This document shows positions 55,637-64,000 of a stretch of 64,000 nt of DNA, piece after piece; positions within the stretch are counted from its first letter, which is position 1; each line of letters opens with the position of its first letter. The position numbers and the translations under genes were made by a program. Under the pieces are notes generated by a model, which saw only the letters and a list, made by a program, of their open reading frames with translations, did no database searches and was not told the DNA's origin. Origin of the DNA: Promethearchaeia archaeon (lineage in GTDB: Archaea; Asgardarchaeota; Lokiarchaeia; Sigyniarchaeales; SOKP01); the NCBI GenBank assembly GCA_029856125.1, contig JAHQWJ010000080.1, forward strand, positions 1-64,000, read 5' to 3'.

Positions 55637-57697
55637 ATGAAGAAAAATATTAAATTTTCAAATTTTGATGTATTTGCAGTTACAAAAGAATTAGGAACTG
55701 TTCTCCCTCATGGAAAAATTGATAATATTTATGAAATTGATGGGGAATTATTAATTTTAAAAATAAAAACACTACAAAACGAGAAAAAGAATTTAATTAT
55801 AAAAAACGATTCTCGTTTAAATTTTACTAACTTTAACTACCCGATTCCAAAATATCCCTCACAGTATATAATGTCTCTAAGAAAGTACCTTAAAAATAGG
55901 AGAATTTTATCTGTTAGTCAACATAACTTTGATAGAATTATTATCTTCGAAATAAGTAATATGGAGGGAAATTCATGGAAATTTATTGTTGAACTATTTA
56001 ACAAAGGTAATTATATTCTGCTTGATGAAAATAACATCGTTAAAATCGCAAAAAGTTATAGTAAATACAGAGATAGGGACATTTTAGCTAATAGACAATA
56101 TACTTTTCCTAGTTCTCGTGGCAAAGATTTTCTTAACCTTTCTCAAATCGATTTTAATGAAACAGTAAGTAATTTAGAAGATGAAATCGTTAGAATCCTT
56201 GCAAGAAATATTAATATCTCAGGAACAATCTCAGAAGAAATATGCCTTAGGGCGGGAGTTGATAAAAAGCGATCAGGAAGTGATCTTACTCCCCTAGAAC
56301 TAGATGCTCTATTTAATTCCTTTAAAAAATTAAGAAATGAATTACTTTTTGGGGAAATGAAGGCACAAATTGTATTCAACGAACAGGATGAACAAACTTC
56401 AGTTATACCTTTTGATTTAAAGCTTTACAAGGATAATAAAGTTCAGTACTTCAATTCCTTTAATGAAGCTGTTGATATGTTCTTCTCTAAACTAGATTCT
56501 AACAAAATTCTTTCGCCCAAAGATCAAGCCGTTAATCAAAAAATAAAATCTCAAGAAAAAATATTAAAAAACCAACTAGAATACCTTGAAGAGCTAAAAA
56601 TAAAAAAAAAATTGTACTATGATCATGGTGCCTTTATATATGCTAATTTCAACACTTTTAATAAATTATTTAGTGGAATTAAAGAAGCAAAAGAAAAAGG
56701 CTATTCTATACAGGAAATAAACACGAAACTAACAGATGCTAAAAGCGAAAAATTTGAAGATTTGGATATTTTTGTTAAAATTTTAACTGCAACTAGACAA
56801 ATAGTAATATTAATTGATAAAAATGAAGTTTACTTGGATTTAAACAAAAGTGTTGGAGAAAATGCAAATATGATTTATTCGAAAGGCAAAAAGGCTGAGA
56901 AAAAATTAAAGGGAACCCTTCCAGCGATTCAAAAAACAGAAGAAAATATTAGAAAGCTAAAAATTAAGAGAGAATCTATCGAATTAGATATTGATTTTCT
57001 AGTAAGGAAACCACAAAAGAAATGGTATGAAAAATTTAGATGGTTTACTTCTTCCGATGAATTTCTAATTATAGGTGGACGAGACGCTAGCTCAAACGAA
57101 ACGATATTTAAAAAATATATAGAACCCAACGATATAATTTTTCACACAAACTTTCCTGGGTCCCCCCTTACTGTAATAAAGAATCCAGAAAATAAACAAA
57201 TACCTGAAAAGTCAATAAAAGAAGCCGCAAACTTTGTAGCTAGCTATTCAGTAGCGTGGAAAGAAAATTGGGGTATTGTTGATGTATTTTATGTGTTTGC
57301 TGATCAAATTTCTAAAACGCCACCTACAGGTGAATATTTACCAAAAGGTAGTTTCATGATTTTAGGGAAAAAAAATTTAATCAAGGGGGCCAAAACCGAA
57401 ATTGGGCTTAGGTTAAATTTTCTTGAAATAAAAAACGAAAGCGCTTCTGATTCTAAATTATTCTATCCTCAAGTACTGTATGAACCTCTTAATACAATTA
57501 ATAATAAAGAAAGCAATTTAATAATAGTTAAGCCCTCAAAATCAGGGAAAACAAAGGGACAGATAGCAAAAGAGATCAAAACATATTTTCTTAACAATTC
57601 AGAAGCAGAGAAGAAAAAATGGGTTAAAATTTTACCTATAGACGATATAATACTAGTCTTACCTACAGGTAAATCTAAAATTAATGTTCCCCGTTAA
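55637..57697 (+). CDS. rqcH: Ribosome quality control factor Rqc2/NEMF (RqcH)
   Basis: LRKYL...FDRI, ELFNKGN, WYEKFRWF.SS, GGRDA..NE, SKTPPTGEYL.KGSFMI.G. Confidence 0.95.
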   Translation: MKKNIKFSNFDVFAVTKELGTVLPHGKIDNIYEIDGELLILKIKTLQNEKKNLIIKNDSRLNFTNFNYPIPKYPSQYIMSLRKYLKNRRILSVSQHNFDRIIIFEISNMEGNSWKFIVELFNKGNYILLDENNIVKIAKSYSKYRDRDILANRQYTFPSSRGKDFLNLSQIDFNETVSNLEDEIVRILARNINISGTISEEICLRAGVDKKRSGSDLTPLELDALFNSFKKLRNELLFGEMKAQIVFNEQDEQTSVIPFDLKLYKDNKVQYFNSFNEAVDMFFSKLDSNKILSPKDQAVNQKIKSQEKILKNQLEYLEELKIKKKLYYDHGAFIYANFNTFNKLFSGIKEAKEKGYSIQEINTKLTDAKSEKFEDLDIFVKILTATRQIVILIDKNEVYLDLNKSVGENANMIYSKGKKAEKKLKGTLPAIQKTEENIRKLKIKRESIELDIDFLVRKPQKKWYEKFRWFTSSDEFLIIGGRDASSNETIFKKYIEPNDIIFHTNFPGSPLTVIKNPENKQIPEKSIKEAANFVASYSVAWKENWGIVDVFYVFADQISKTPPTGEYLPKGSFMILGKKNLIKGAKTEIGLRLNFLEIKNESASDSKLFYPQVLYEPLNTINNKESNLIIVKPSKSGKTKGQIAKEIKTYFLNNSEAEKKKWVKILPIDDIILVLPTGKSKINVPR

Positions 57698-58425
57698 TTT
57701 CCTCTTATTATCTTAAGATTATGACAATCATCAAATAATATACCATCTATCTGGTTATCAATTAATTTGTTTATTACTTGTAGAGGTTGTTTATAACCCA
57801 AAAAGCCCCAAGCAAGTGACTTAATATCGTTAACACGGCATATCTTTATAAATTGATTAGAAATTAAATCTGATCGAAGATTTATCATATCCGGAAGATT
57901 TTTAAGTTTTTTTCGATGACCTTTTTCTATAAATTGCTTTAAATTTAAACCTCTACCTTTAGTCATGTTAAAACATGTTCTTATCGGTTTAAATGCTTCC
58001 TTATATCTTTTTAATTTATTAATATATCTTCCACTTATTATACAATTCTTTAGAACACCTCTTTTATCTATTAAATCTAATACTTCTTTTTCAATTCCAT
58101 CATCTTTCAAGTGTATTATAAACTGCGTTTTATCTGTTAAGTAATCTATAGCTTCTTCTAAAAGGGGGATTTTTTGGTTTCTTATTTTTGTCTTAAGATT
58201 TTTAACATCGTTATAAGTTAAATTTTTTAATACTCCTTTACCATTAGTGGTCCTGGTTAATGTAATATCGTGAAAAACGATTAACTTTCTATCTTTTGTT
58301 CTTCTAACGTCAAGTTCTATGCAATTTGCTCCAGATTTAATTGCAATATCGAACGCTTCTAATGTGTTTTCATCGTAATCTACTAAAGTGCCTCTATGGC
58401 CAATAAAAAGTGTAATTTTTTTCAT
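57694..58425 (-). CDS. Glycerophosphodiester phosphodiesterase
   Basis: GHRG...ENTLEAF, ELDV, HD..L.RTT. Confidence 0.92.
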   Translation of the reverse strand: MKKITLFIGHRGTLVDYDENTLEAFDIAIKSGANCIELDVRRTKDRKLIVFHDITLTRTTNGKGVLKNLTYNDVKNLKTKIRNQKIPLLEEAIDYLTDKTQFIIHLKDDGIEKEVLDLIDKRGVLKNCIISGRYINKLKRYKEAFKPIRTCFNMTKGRGLNLKQFIEKGHRKKLKNLPDMINLRSDLISNQFIKICRVNDIKSLAWGFLGYKQPLQVINKLIDNQIDGILFDDCHNLKIIRGN

Positions 58426-58458
58426 TAAAAGAAATAAATTTTAAGAATATAAATTTTG

Positions 58459-58875
58459 TTAGTTTTCTTGAACTAAAAACAAGTAAACTATTATTATTAA
58501 TAGGCCTATTAGACTGAAAGAAAAAACTATAGAATCTCTAAAAGATTGGATTAAAGAAAAGATAAAAATAAGCACAATTAACTTCAAATCTAATGGTTTA
58601 CCAGTTAATTCCTTATAATTTCCGATACTAATCATCATAAAAATGAAGAAAAATAGGATTACTAGAACCTTAACAGTGATATCTAGAGTTTGCAACAGGA
58701 TGGTTTCGCGTGCAAACAGAGATAGATAACCACCGTTTAATAAAATTGATATTATTAATAGTATTCCGGCAATAATGGCTGATAGTATGACTGAACGATG
58801 AGCAGATTTTTCTTTTAATTTGGGTTTTCTTTTGACCGTTCCTGATTTTAAATTTTCTTTTTTTATTTTTGACAT
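58459..58875 (-). CDS. Small four-TM membrane protein
   Basis: Basic N-terminus and four hydrophobic segments. Confidence 0.75.
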   Translation of the reverse strand: MSKIKKENLKSGTVKRKPKLKEKSAHRSVILSAIIAGILLIISILLNGGYLSLFARETILLQTLDITVKVLVILFFFIFMMISIGNYKELTGKPLDLKLIVLIFIFSLIQSFRDSIVFSFSLIGLLIIIVYLFLVQEN

Positions 58876-58884
58876 GCTAGCACA

Positions 58885-59706
58885 TTAACTCCTAATTCTT
58901 TCGATTTCTTTCTTAAGTCGTGTAATTCGATAGATATAATAAGCAAAAAATGCTCCAATCGTAGAAAAAATGACAATTGTGGAGATTGACATCAAAAGCT
59001 CACCAATAGGTAATTTGGGGGCTCCGGGGGGGTATTGCAAATCGATAGAAATAATATTCGCAATAATAATTCCAATGGGATAGTCTGTAGATTTACCGAA
59101 TATTATCTTAAAGTTAAATGTATCACCATAGTCTAATTCTACATCCTCTATACCACCTTCGAGATTTTCAACAGGCATGGAAAACTCATAAGTTATTTGA
59201 TTTCCCTCTAATTTCGCAGCTCCATCACCGTCAGGATTCATGTCTCCATAATAACCCGTATCGTTAATATAATAATCTAAATAACTATAACTGTTCGTTG
59301 ACATGTTTGAAAATTGAACAATTTTAGCATCAGTGAAGTCCAAATCTGCATCCCAATCTGCAATTAAAATCCCAAGAAATTCTTTATCGAATTCACTAGA
59401 GCTATGATCGTCGAAATCAAATCGAGCTAAAATATATAAGTTTGGTTCAGCTTGTATAACCCATAGTTCAATAGGTAAACCATCGCTTTGGTTTAATAAA
59501 TCAGGAAATAGCTCAATTTCTAACTTTTCCGCTGAATCCCATTCGCCTGTGGCACCATCAACAACGCCGTCTATAACAGGTGCTGTTCCAAATCCCACAT
59601 CAATCTCAATTGGAGTCCCATAGCTTTTTTCAATGAGGAATGCTGAACTTACAAGTATCTGAGCAATGAAGATGAAAATAATAATGGTTGTTGTGTGTTT
59701 TTTCAC
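58885..59706 (-). CDS. Secreted, C-terminally anchored protein with CBM9/DOMON-like domain
   Basis: Signal-like N-terminus, APVIDGVVD...EWDSA, NLYI, YEFSMP, C-terminal TM helix. Confidence 0.7.
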   Translation of the reverse strand: MKKHTTTIIIFIFIAQILVSSAFLIEKSYGTPIEIDVGFGTAPVIDGVVDGATGEWDSAEKLEIELFPDLLNQSDGLPIELWVIQAEPNLYILARFDFDDHSSSEFDKEFLGILIADWDADLDFTDAKIVQFSNMSTNSYSYLDYYINDTGYYGDMNPDGDGAAKLEGNQITYEFSMPVENLEGGIEDVELDYGDTFNFKIIFGKSTDYPIGIIIANIISIDLQYPPGAPKLPIGELLMSISTIVIFSTIGAFFAYYIYRITRLKKEIERIRS

Positions 59707-59909
59707 TTTTATATAGCCACTTTTTTATCATTAAGCGATAGTTCAATTTTACTTTTAATTAAAGAAACTTAATAAAGTTGATAATTAAAATTGAATTTAA
59801 TATTTTTTCTTTGTCTTAGCAAATTATGAGGATTTTCAATCAAAAATTTTTGGGATTTCCTTTGTGAAGAAGAGATAGTACTCTTTTCAATATTTAAAGA
59901 ACTTTCATT

Positions 59910-60359
59910 TTATGAAAGATAATTAGGTAATAGAACGCTGCAATTGAATTTGTTTAAATAAGTTACAATATAATTTATCAAGCGTTTTATATCATGTTTA
60001 GTTTCAAGAATATTACTATTATTATATTCTGCGAATTCCTTTGGTCCAATTGCAATTAACAGCCCCGATAGATCTTTCTCTCTCTTAATAAAAAGCCAAA
60101 AAGGATTTTTTTTTTCACTATCTTTAATTAGGAGTAGCATCCATGGATTTAAAGTCCATTCTTTAGAATCGGGTCCGATTACTTTTTCTATAGCATGCCC
60201 TGTAGAATATTTTTTAGTTATTTTTATAGCTTTTACTAACCGGTTAAAGTAGGACCGTTTCAGTTTTAAATATCCTTTGAAATAAGACTTGGCGTCGTAG
60301 AGTTCTAATTCATTACTTGTTCCATCTGCGAATTTCAGATCAATTTTCCAAGTACTCAT
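59910..60359 (-). CDS. Hypothetical protein, co-oriented with the RNase P genes
   Basis: 149-aa ORF, 22 nt downstream of pop5. Confidence 0.75.
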   Translation of the reverse strand: MSTWKIDLKFADGTSNELELYDAKSYFKGYLKLKRSYFNRLVKAIKITKKYSTGHAIEKVIGPDSKEWTLNPWMLLLIKDSEKKNPFWLFIKREKDLSGLLIAIGPKEFAEYNNSNILETKHDIKRLINYIVTYLNKFNCSVLLPNYLS

Positions 60360-60381
60360 ATTAAATCCAAATAATTTTTCT

Positions 60382-60762
60382 TTAGCTTATTTCCATAATT
60401 TGAATATCTTTATTATTCTTATTATTTCTATCCAAAAATAATTTTTTAGTAATTTGAATACTACGAATAGTCCCGGATGTTTTTATAGGAGAAAAAACGA
60501 TTTTATTACCAGATATTTCAGTGATTAATGTCAAAGCGGATATCACGACTTCTTTTGTTTGATGAGAACATCTTATAATTCCAAAACCTTCTAAAAAATT
60601 AATATCAACCAACCACAATCCTACTCTGCTAGCTTCTTTTAAGCCAAAATACTTCCATAGGGATGCCCATATCGAATTTAGAATCTCTTGATTATTCAAA
60701 TGTTTAATATGTTCCGATATCACTTTAAATAGGATATACCTATGACGTTCATTTTTTACGAC
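60382..60762 (-). CDS. rnp2: RNase P subunit Pop5/Rpp14
   Basis: ERHRYILFKV (upstream of the track GTG 60723), GIIRCSH, KTSGTIR; proposed GTC start at 60762, 7 nt after GGTG. Confidence 0.88.
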   Translation of the reverse strand, partial: VVKNERHRYILFKVISEHIKHLNNQEILNSIWASLWKYFGLKEASRVGLWLVDINFLEGFGIIRCSHQTKEVVISALTLITEISGNKIVFSPIKTSGTIRSIQITKKLFLDRNNKNNKDIQIMEIS

Positions 60763-61487
60763 TACTCTTCACCCTGATTTATTATTTTTACTCCCGATTC
60801 TATGAAATTTCTATCTTGACGCATTTGTACTCGATTTAGAAGAGAAATTACATTTTTAGAGAAACAATTTTTAGCTCGCAGCATTGAAATGCCTAAAAGG
60901 GTATGACAAACGCTAATTAAAGCTCGAGGATGTCGTATTGAATAAAGATCGTCAAAATTTCCGCTTATGATATAGTTTGCATTTAATTTATTAGCGAGTT
61001 GTACGCCTCGGTAAAGATTTCTTAGATTTTTGGACTGTAATGATTTATTTTTTACCATTATTGAAGCGAGCGAAAATTCGATAAACGACTTATTCTGTTT
61101 GGTAAGAGAAATTACACCTGGAAAAATCGTTTTGAGTACAGCCTGCTCTGAAAACGAGATTAAGTCCACTCTGGAATCTTTAGCAGCCTGAATTTGAATT
61201 TTTTTATCTGGAGATTCAACCACTATAATGTTGGATGATTGTCCAATTCCTTTGAGTTTCTTAATTAGGCTTTCTAGATTTTTTGGATTAATATTAGTAC
61301 GATATTTAACATTTATATTTGTGATCTCTTCTATTCTTCTTTTTAAATCTGGTTGTATTTTTTCTCTATTATTTTCAAGCTCTACAATCACATTTTGAAC
61401 CCCTAATAATTTACAAAAATGTAACTTCTGCTCAATTTCCTTGAAGTTGTTAGTTTTTACCCTTAACCTTGATTCAAAATATGACAA
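60762..61487 (-). CDS. rnp3: RNase P subunit Rpp30
   Basis: A.KDSRVDLI, IEFSL, IISGN...IRHPRAL; adjacent to pop5. Confidence 0.88.
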   Translation of the reverse strand: MSYFESRLRVKTNNFKEIEQKLHFCKLLGVQNVIVELENNREKIQPDLKRRIEEITNINVKYRTNINPKNLESLIKKLKGIGQSSNIIVVESPDKKIQIQAAKDSRVDLISFSEQAVLKTIFPGVISLTKQNKSFIEFSLASIMVKNKSLQSKNLRNLYRGVQLANKLNANYIISGNFDDLYSIRHPRALISVCHTLLGISMLRAKNCFSKNVISLLNRVQMRQDRNFIESGVKIINQGEE

Positions 61488-61607
61488 TCAGATCTTAACC
61501 TCTAATTTCAGATCGGGATTTATCTGTAGCGTTTTCGATGTTTTAAGTGTTCTTAAATAAAAAAAAATTTATTAGAATAAATATTTTACATGTTATATAT
61601 GTTATAA

Positions 61608-62906
61608 GTGGTTCTATTGGCTAATAAACGAAAGCTTTCTGATATAAAGAAAAAAATTCATAACGGCAATGCAAATGTTCTTACTGCTCAGGAATTTATC
61701 AGTCGCATTGAAAAGGGAGAAAACTTTAAGTTTGAAGACATTGATGTGATTACGACCGCCACTAAAGGTCTAATGAGTGGAATTATGGGGGTATTTTCCT
61801 TTAGATTAGCACCCCCAAAAACCTTAAGAAAATTTACTGAAATCACCCTAAACGGAATCTCAGCTTTTCCTGGACCGTGCCCCAATGAGTATTTAGGAAT
61901 TGCTGATCTAATTGTTTACGGTACTGCTCAAAGTCATTCAAGAGAAAATTATTGTGGAGGATCCTTGTTTAGAGAACTAGTGGAAGGAAAACCCATCTCC
62001 ATCCATGCTAAAAGCAGTGAGGGAAATATTATCGATATGGATTTAACATTAAAAGAGATGCAATTTGCAAAACTTATGGGGACTCGTCAAGCGATAAAAA
62101 ATTACAATGCGATGCTTAACTGCGAAACATTTCAAGTAGATACTATATTTTCTTGTCTTCCTTTTGAACCTAATAAGTCAGAATTAACATTTTCTGGCTG
62201 TGGTGCTCTAAATCCTTTTCAAAACGATCCTAATTTCCGGACTTTTGGAGTGGGATCCCCACTCTTAGTTAATGGAGCTCAAGGGTATTTGATGGGACCA
62301 GGAACGCGAAATTATATCGCAAAACCTAATATGATGACAATCGCCCCCATGGATCAAATGAAGCCGGAATATTTGGGAGCTTTTAAAACTTCTTATGGAT
62401 TAGAACCCATATGCTCAATAGCTATTCCCATACCTATATTAACCGACAAAATTTTTGATGACATTGTCAAATCAGACAAAGATGTTAATTTAACGATTTT
62501 AAGTCTCGTAGGACGTGAAAAAGTTGGAGAGATCACTTATGCAGATGTATGGGATAATAATTTCGTAATGAAGTTTAACCCTAAAGCGTGTAGTAAAGGA
62601 TATAAGTGTAAAGTTATAGACAACTGCCCTACAAATGCTTTTATTATAAGAGAGGGATTAATCTCAGCAATTGATAGAGCTAGATGTTTTAATTGCGGAA
62701 ATTGTGCGAAGTTATGTCCCGACGCTTTTAGTATGGACTTAAAATCAATTCAGTATGAAGGAAAGGAAATTCCCGTTGTTTTAAGGCAATCTGATAGGGC
62801 AGGAGCTATCATGCTAGCTGAGGAACTTAAACAACAGATTCTAAAAGAGGAATTTCAGTTAAAAAAGCCAACTGGAATGCTAGATTTTGCTGAAAAATTA
62901 AAATAG
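61608..62906 (+). CDS. DUF39/homocysteine-biosynthesis-like Fe-S protein (methanogenesis marker 16 type)
   Basis: DVITTATKGLMSG, GPCPNEYLG, FSGCG.LNP, C-terminal CFNCGNC..CP, RQSDR. Confidence 0.8.
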   Translation: MVLLANKRKLSDIKKKIHNGNANVLTAQEFISRIEKGENFKFEDIDVITTATKGLMSGIMGVFSFRLAPPKTLRKFTEITLNGISAFPGPCPNEYLGIADLIVYGTAQSHSRENYCGGSLFRELVEGKPISIHAKSSEGNIIDMDLTLKEMQFAKLMGTRQAIKNYNAMLNCETFQVDTIFSCLPFEPNKSELTFSGCGALNPFQNDPNFRTFGVGSPLLVNGAQGYLMGPGTRNYIAKPNMMTIAPMDQMKPEYLGAFKTSYGLEPICSIAIPIPILTDKIFDDIVKSDKDVNLTILSLVGREKVGEITYADVWDNNFVMKFNPKACSKGYKCKVIDNCPTNAFIIREGLISAIDRARCFNCGNCAKLCPDAFSMDLKSIQYEGKEIPVVLRQSDRAGAIMLAEELKQQILKEEFQLKKPTGMLDFAEKLK

Positions 62907-62936
62907 CATCAAATCGAGATTAAAGGTGAATTCTAA

Positions 62937-63380
62937 ACGACTGATATCAAATTAGATAAATTTGATCAAATTGGGATTGTAGTTAATAATATTGAAAAAG
63001 CGGCTCAAATGTATCGAAAGCTTTTTAACTTTAAAGGGAACATAAATATCGTTGAACAGAGCGCAACCGTTAACTACAAGGGAAAAGATGTGACCTTTAA
63101 CATGAAAAAAATTATGCAGTTCTTTGGAGGCAAACAATTTGAAATCGTTGAAGTAGTTGATGCAACTGGTCCCAATCTTTACTCGGAGTTTATAGCAGAG
63201 GGAAATACTGGCTTACACCACTTAGGTATTTACACAAAAAACGCTGAAGAATTAATTGAACAATTTAAACAACAATTTGATGTGGAAACCGCTCAAGTGG
63301 GAAAATTGGGTAAGTTAACTTTTACTTACTTAGACACTAAAGAGATTCTAGGATATTACATTGAAATCCTTGAGTTTTAA
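62937..63380 (+). CDS. VOC/glyoxalase (methylmalonyl-CoA epimerase-like) protein
   Basis: DQIGIVVNNIEKA lies upstream of the track ATG 63009; QFEIVE, GLHHLG, IEILE. Proposed ACG start at 62937, 8 nt after GGTG and directly after an in-frame TAA. Confidence 0.88.
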   Translation, partial: TTDIKLDKFDQIGIVVNNIEKAAQMYRKLFNFKGNINIVEQSATVNYKGKDVTFNMKKIMQFFGGKQFEIVEVVDATGPNLYSEFIAEGNTGLHHLGIYTKNAEELIEQFKQQFDVETAQVGKLGKLTFTYLDTKEILGYYIEILEF

Positions 63381-63445
63381 CATTAAACTATTGGTTTCTG
63401 TTCTTATGTAATAAAGTTTATTTTTAATTTATAATACTTTAATTT

Positions 63446-64000
63446 ATGTCAAAACAAAATACTAATCCGTTAGACGGGGGAGATTTGGTTGTGAAAAGCC
63501 TCCTTAAAGAGGGAATCACTAAAATTTTCGGTCTCGTTGGCGGAGAATTATTAAGGATTTATGACGCTATAGAACGATATGGTCGAGAAGAGGGCATAGA
63601 TACTGTAATGGTTCGCCATGAACAAGCGGCTGGACACATGGCAGACGCTTGGGCGCGCGCTACAGGGAAATTAGGTGTTTGTTTAGGGACTGCGGGGCCT
63701 GGCGTTACTCATCTTGTGCCAGCTGTGGCTACGGCGTGGGCAGATTCAATCCCACTTCTTGTTATTGGAGCTCAGATAGGAAGGATGTTTGATGATACGG
63801 GTATTCTCCAGGGAGGCTTAGATCAAATGAAATTAATGGAGCCGATTACAAAAGCGCAGATATCAGTTGAAGAACCTTACGAAATTCCAAGAGCAGTACA
63901 AAGAGCTATTAAAGTTGCGATGTCAGGTCGAAGAGGTCCTGTTTTTCTAGAATTTCGAGAAACCGCTCTTGTTAGAAAAGCTTCAGAGGATGACCTTAAG
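63446..64000 (+). CDS. ThDP-dependent enzyme, acetolactate synthase large subunit family; partial
   Basis: GGDLVVKSL..EG...FGLVGG, VRHEQAAGHMADAWAR.TG, GPG, A.ADSIP, GPV; runs off the window. Confidence 0.92.
   Translation, partial: MSKQNTNPLDGGDLVVKSLLKEGITKIFGLVGGELLRIYDAIERYGREEGIDTVMVRHEQAAGHMADAWARATGKLGVCLGTAGPGVTHLVPAVATAWADSIPLLVIGAQIGRMFDDTGILQGGLDQMKLMEPITKAQISVEEPYEIPRAVQRAIKVAMSGRRGPVFLEFRETALVRKASEDDLK

Noticed and set aside
59820-59900. ATGAGGA and GTGAAGA C-box-like words with a small hairpin
   Set aside because: No D box (CTGA) at a suitable distance and no terminal stem.
441-63137. Many 60-160 aa ORFs antisense to or overlapping long genes (for example 441-680, 8824-10530, 27894-28370, 39840-40295, 62952-63137)
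   Set aside because: They are shadows of well-supported genes, with no motifs or independent signals.
1-64000. CRISPR array, transposase, integrase or provirus
   Set aside because: No regularly spaced repeats, terminal inverted repeats, att duplications or hallmark genes were seen.

Overview
AT-rich (about 30% GC), gene-dense archaeal chromosome segment, most consistent with Lokiarchaeia (Asgard archaea). It has archaeal information genes (mcm, gins23, top6A/B, smc-scpA-scpB, Orc1/Cdc6-like, rpl15e, RNase P Rpp30/Pop5, Rqc2/NEMF). It also has eukaryotic-signature-type genes: a Rab-like GTPase, Roadblock/LC7, a longin/uDENN protein, an EMC6-like protein and a membrane-anchored HEAT solenoid. 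No CRISPR array, transposase or integrase was seen. Main observations: (1) A 1489-aa SMC with normal ATPase heads but no recognisable hinge or zinc hook; its apex is a duplicated helical module and its arms carry about 90/98-aa repeats. (2) Its kleisin ScpA and a greatly enlarged TopoVI-B share one 30-aa SAP/LEM/HeH-like module, and the ScpA copy is missed by the ORF track. (3) Five genes appear to start at near-cognate codons (ATT, CTG, GTT, GTC, ACG) 7-8 nt after a GGTG Shine-Dalgarno site. (4) A two-Trp leader peptide with alternative hairpins precedes trpB2, suggesting Trp-dependent attenuation. (5) There is an unannotated box C/D sRNA predicted to guide the Gm2251-equivalent, and a tRNA-Arg(TCT) with two non-canonical BHB introns. 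All family calls come from motif recognition by eye; no database searches were run, so novelty relative to the literature is unverified.
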